A stretch of 53,136 nucleotides of DNA, from positions 1 to 53,136 of the forward strand of contig DATW01000049.1 of assembly GCA_002504845.1 (NCBI GenBank), read 5' to 3'. This document shows positions 50,479 through 53,136 of the stretch, in pieces. Both the position numbers and the translations under genes were made by a program. How positions within the stretch are numbered: position 1 is the stretch's first letter; each line of letters starts with the position of its first letter. The notes under the pieces are model-generated. The model was given only the letters and a program-made list of their open reading frames with translations, made no database searches and was not told where the DNA came from. The stretch comes from Euryarchaeota archaeon UBA250. GTDB taxonomy: Archaea; Thermoplasmatota; Poseidoniia; Poseidoniales; Thalassarchaeaceae.

Positions 50479-51738
50479 CTACTCGTATGCCCATTCTCCC
50501 TTCCGCATTACCGGGGTTCTACCGCCATCCTTTGAGATCCCATCTATGTCGAGTTCGTCCGATCCAATCATCCAATCGACATGGATGTTGGACGTATTTC
50601 CGCCTGCCTTGGAGACTGCTTCTGGATCATCCCCTATATCTCCCCTGAAGCACTTGGAATAACACTGGCCAAGTGCGATGTGACATGATGCATTCTCATC
50701 GTATAGCGTATTGAAGAAAAGGAGTCCTGATGCGCTTATTGGGGAGGAATGGGGGACTAGTGCGACTTCGCCGAGTCTTCTTGCACCGTCATCCGTATCA
50801 AGTAGCTTCAGAAATACTTCTTCGCCCTTTTCTGCTCTCGCATCGACAATCTTTCCAGCCTCGAACCTCACCTCTATCCCATCGATGAGCGTCCCTCTGT
50901 ATACCAGTGGTTTGGAAGCCCTTGCAGTACCTTCGACCCGCGCTGAATGAGGTGTTGTGAAAACCTCCTCAGTGGGGATGTTCGGCGTGCATTCTATCCC
51001 GTTCTTGGCGGTGCTCGCCCCACCCTTCCATGCATGCCCTTCTGCTAGGCCTATTGTCAGATCAGTCCCGGGGGCTTTGTAGTGGAGGGAGTGGAAATCT
51101 TGCTCATTCAGCCATTCTTGTCTTTTTGTCAGGGTCTCCTGATGCGACTTCCAAGCTGCTATCGGATCTTCGTTGTCAATCCTCGATATTGAGAATATAG
51201 CCTCAGCCAGAGCGGCGACGGCCTCATTGTCTTCCTTATCCGGGAAGACTTGCTTGGCCCATGCAAGGCCTGGGTAGGACACTATGTTCCAATTGGTGGA
51301 GAAATTTGTGATTCTCTCCATGGCAGGTTTTGCAGCCAGAGACATCGACTTTCCGGCCCTCGCAACTCTGGAGGGGTCTTGTCCAGCGAGGAGGAGGGGG
51401 TTGGCTGCCGATATCGCGAGTCTTGCAGTGTTATTGTCAAATGCCTCGGCCATGGCCCTGAACATCCAATCTGGCGCTCTATCCAAGCTCTCGTCCGATG
51501 CGTGTTCGTATCGGGCTAGGGCTAGATCATCGTCAGACAGCATGGTTGTTACAATGCCTGCTCCATTTCTGTATGCCTCGGCAGCCAGTCTTCTGACAAG
51601 GGGGAGCGCTTCCACTGGTGCTGTGATGATCAGGTCTTGTCCCGGTTGTAGGTTCAGACCGACTCTTATGGAAACTTCAGCGAGACGGTCCAGCATCTCT
51701 GATTCGAAGGGCAATTCGTCGTCTGCGAGCGTGTTCAT
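50479..51738 (-). CDS. M29-family aminopeptidase (AmpS/PepS type)
   Basis: LAEVSIRVGLNLQPGQDLIITAP, the C-terminal LYDENASCHIALG and NTSNIHVDWMIG. ATG at 51738 is used. Confidence 0.82.
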   Translation of the reverse strand: MNTLADDELPFESEMLDRLAEVSIRVGLNLQPGQDLIITAPVEALPLVRRLAAEAYRNGAGIVTTMLSDDDLALARYEHASDESLDRAPDWMFRAMAEAFDNNTARLAISAANPLLLAGQDPSRVARAGKSMSLAAKPAMERITNFSTNWNIVSYPGLAWAKQVFPDKEDNEAVAALAEAIFSISRIDNEDPIAAWKSHQETLTKRQEWLNEQDFHSLHYKAPGTDLTIGLAEGHAWKGGASTAKNGIECTPNIPTEEVFTTPHSARVEGTARASKPLVYRGTLIDGIEVRFEAGKIVDARAEKGEEVFLKLLDTDDGARRLGEVALVPHSSPISASGLLFFNTLYDENASCHIALGQCYSKCFRGDIGDDPEAVSKAGGNTSNIHVDWMIGSDELDIDGISKDGGRTPVMRKGEWAYE

Positions 51739-51781
51739 GCCCCGGTTGATACGGTGTTGCGTTTGAATGTTTGAATTGGCC

Positions 51782-53134
51782 CTAAACGCCCAGAGTGAGC
51801 CTGAACACATTCCTGAGAGCAGGTGCCATGCCCACGACCATCAGGCACAATGCGATGAGAATTCGGAGATGCTGCTGCCTGTATTCGAATACAGCTTGCG
51901 AGTAGAACCAGCAAATGACTCCAGCGATGCCGACTTTCAGTATCGTGAATGTCAGAGATGTGTCCAGAACGTCGGTAACCATTGAGCTAATTACATGCTT
52001 CTCGGTATATCCGAAGTAATCTATTCCTATCCACGTAGCGATTCCATCCCCTATCTGGCCGCCGACTGGAAGAAGTACTGCAGGGCTTGCAAGAACTGCT
52101 TTCTTCCTGAGTTCATCGATTTTTTCGCCCAGGGGGGTCTTGGATTCGAGATAATCGCTCTCAGTGACCCCAGGGGGGAGTACTCCCGGAGTATATCCCA
52201 GTTTGAGTGATTCCTCAGCATCATCCTTGCCGAATGAATACAGGGCATAGCAAACAAGGATTGGGACAGCGAATACGATAACTATCGGCCATGCAGTCAT
52301 CTCAGATGTTTCTCTCCCTATAGCAAACCCGGCGAGCATCCCGAAGAGTACGATTGATCCCCCTACTCCAGTGGAATACACGATTCGATGGATATGGTCG
52401 AAGCGCTCCACATATGAGCCTGCAAGCCAATATGGGGCAGTGACTCCGAACATCGCGATGATGAGCATTACTTCTCGGTCGTATGCCTCCGAGAGTATCT
52501 CGACATTGTCGCTGCTTAGAACGCTCATGCCATATATGGAGGCCTGCGCGGCTATGAGAAATGCAGAGAAATGCCTTGTAGCAGCATTCTTCTCGGCTTC
52601 TGTTTCAATTGTGCCATTCGATACCTTGTGACCGATAAGGCCAGCGAGGACAACCCATGCCGCTGTCTGGAAATGGACTCCTGGACTTACGAACCACGGA
52701 GCGAAGGAGCTGCTGAAGAGGCCTGCGTCCTCTATGACCTCTCCAAGAGGGGCCCACAAAACCCAGGGGAGGAGCGCTATGAGCATTGCATCAGAGCCAT
52801 CGATACCAGCGACCCTCAGGAGCCCTGACAATGACACTACAAATAACGCCAGACCGATTCCATATGAGGCAGTGTTGACGTAATTGTAACCGCTATCACC
52901 ACTTGACTCGTTTAGGATCGAGTCAAGGAAATACGTGTAAACTGCCTCGGATAGTGGATTCTCTATATCGAGAGTATGTCCCGCTATACCGATACCGAAT
53001 AGTATCATTACGACCAGTAGGATACGTATCGCCCAGCGCTCGTAATCATAGAGGGTCTCGAGGGGGTTCACGAGAATGGCGAGTCGCACCATCTCCTTGA
53101 GGGCATCGGCGCATGAAGTTTTTTTCCGGGTCAC
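51782..53134 (-). CDS. Polytopic membrane protein, DUF63-like; 5' end uncertain (ORF open to the right window edge)
   Basis: There are 10 or more hydrophobic helices. GGQIGDGIATWIGIDYFGYTEKHVIS resembles the DUF63 conserved block. The track start at 53134 is GTG, 2 nt from the edge; the alternative ATG is 53092. Confidence 0.5.
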   Translation of the reverse strand: MTRKKTSCADALKEMVRLAILVNPLETLYDYERWAIRILLVVMILFGIGIAGHTLDIENPLSEAVYTYFLDSILNESSGDSGYNYVNTASYGIGLALFVVSLSGLLRVAGIDGSDAMLIALLPWVLWAPLGEVIEDAGLFSSSFAPWFVSPGVHFQTAAWVVLAGLIGHKVSNGTIETEAEKNAATRHFSAFLIAAQASIYGMSVLSSDNVEILSEAYDREVMLIIAMFGVTAPYWLAGSYVERFDHIHRIVYSTGVGGSIVLFGMLAGFAIGRETSEMTAWPIVIVFAVPILVCYALYSFGKDDAEESLKLGYTPGVLPPGVTESDYLESKTPLGEKIDELRKKAVLASPAVLLPVGGQIGDGIATWIGIDYFGYTEKHVISSMVTDVLDTSLTFTILKVGIAGVICWFYSQAVFEYRQQHLRILIALCLMVVGMAPALRNVFRLTLGV

Positions 53135-53136
53135 TC

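Overview
This is a dense chromosomal segment, roughly 90% coding, from an archaeon. The archaeal markers are the L7Ae-S28e-L24e ribosomal operon, Cdc48, Hjc, chromatin protein MC1, a Sec11-type signal peptidase, a presenilin homologue and a PGF-CTERM surface protein. There are also two tRNAs with encoded CCA (Ile-GAU, Gly-CCC). Metabolic content includes sdhCAB, a methylcrotonyl-CoA carboxylase (leucine catabolism) operon, pyrBI, prs, folC, an aldehyde dehydrogenase and peptidases. Together with large secreted beta-propeller proteins, this fits a heterotrophic planktonic euryarchaeote, possibly Poseidoniales/Thermoplasmatota-like; that placement is inference only. I found no rRNA, CRISPR array, transposase, integrase or prophage. 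Several ORF-track N-termini begin at TTG/GTG extensions, and I moved these to downstream ATGs wherever the homologous N-terminus or an SD-like GGAGG/GGTGA supports it. Five things seem most worth a second look. (1) A co-directional array cdc48 > PRC-barrel > DUF4350-like > DUF58 > polytopic membrane protein that lacks the MoxR ATPase commonly found with DUF58. (2) A giant surface protein combining a 7-blade RCC1 propeller, about 15 ephrin-receptor-like Cys repeats and a PGF-CTERM. (3) A tail-anchored SAP/HeH-domain protein converging on a membrane protein with an RGG/RS tail. (4) A YqgF-like RNase-H-fold gene divergent from hjc. (5) An orphan vsr beside a carboxylase alpha subunit split by a single in-frame TAA. 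All family assignments come from motif recognition by eye; no searches were run.
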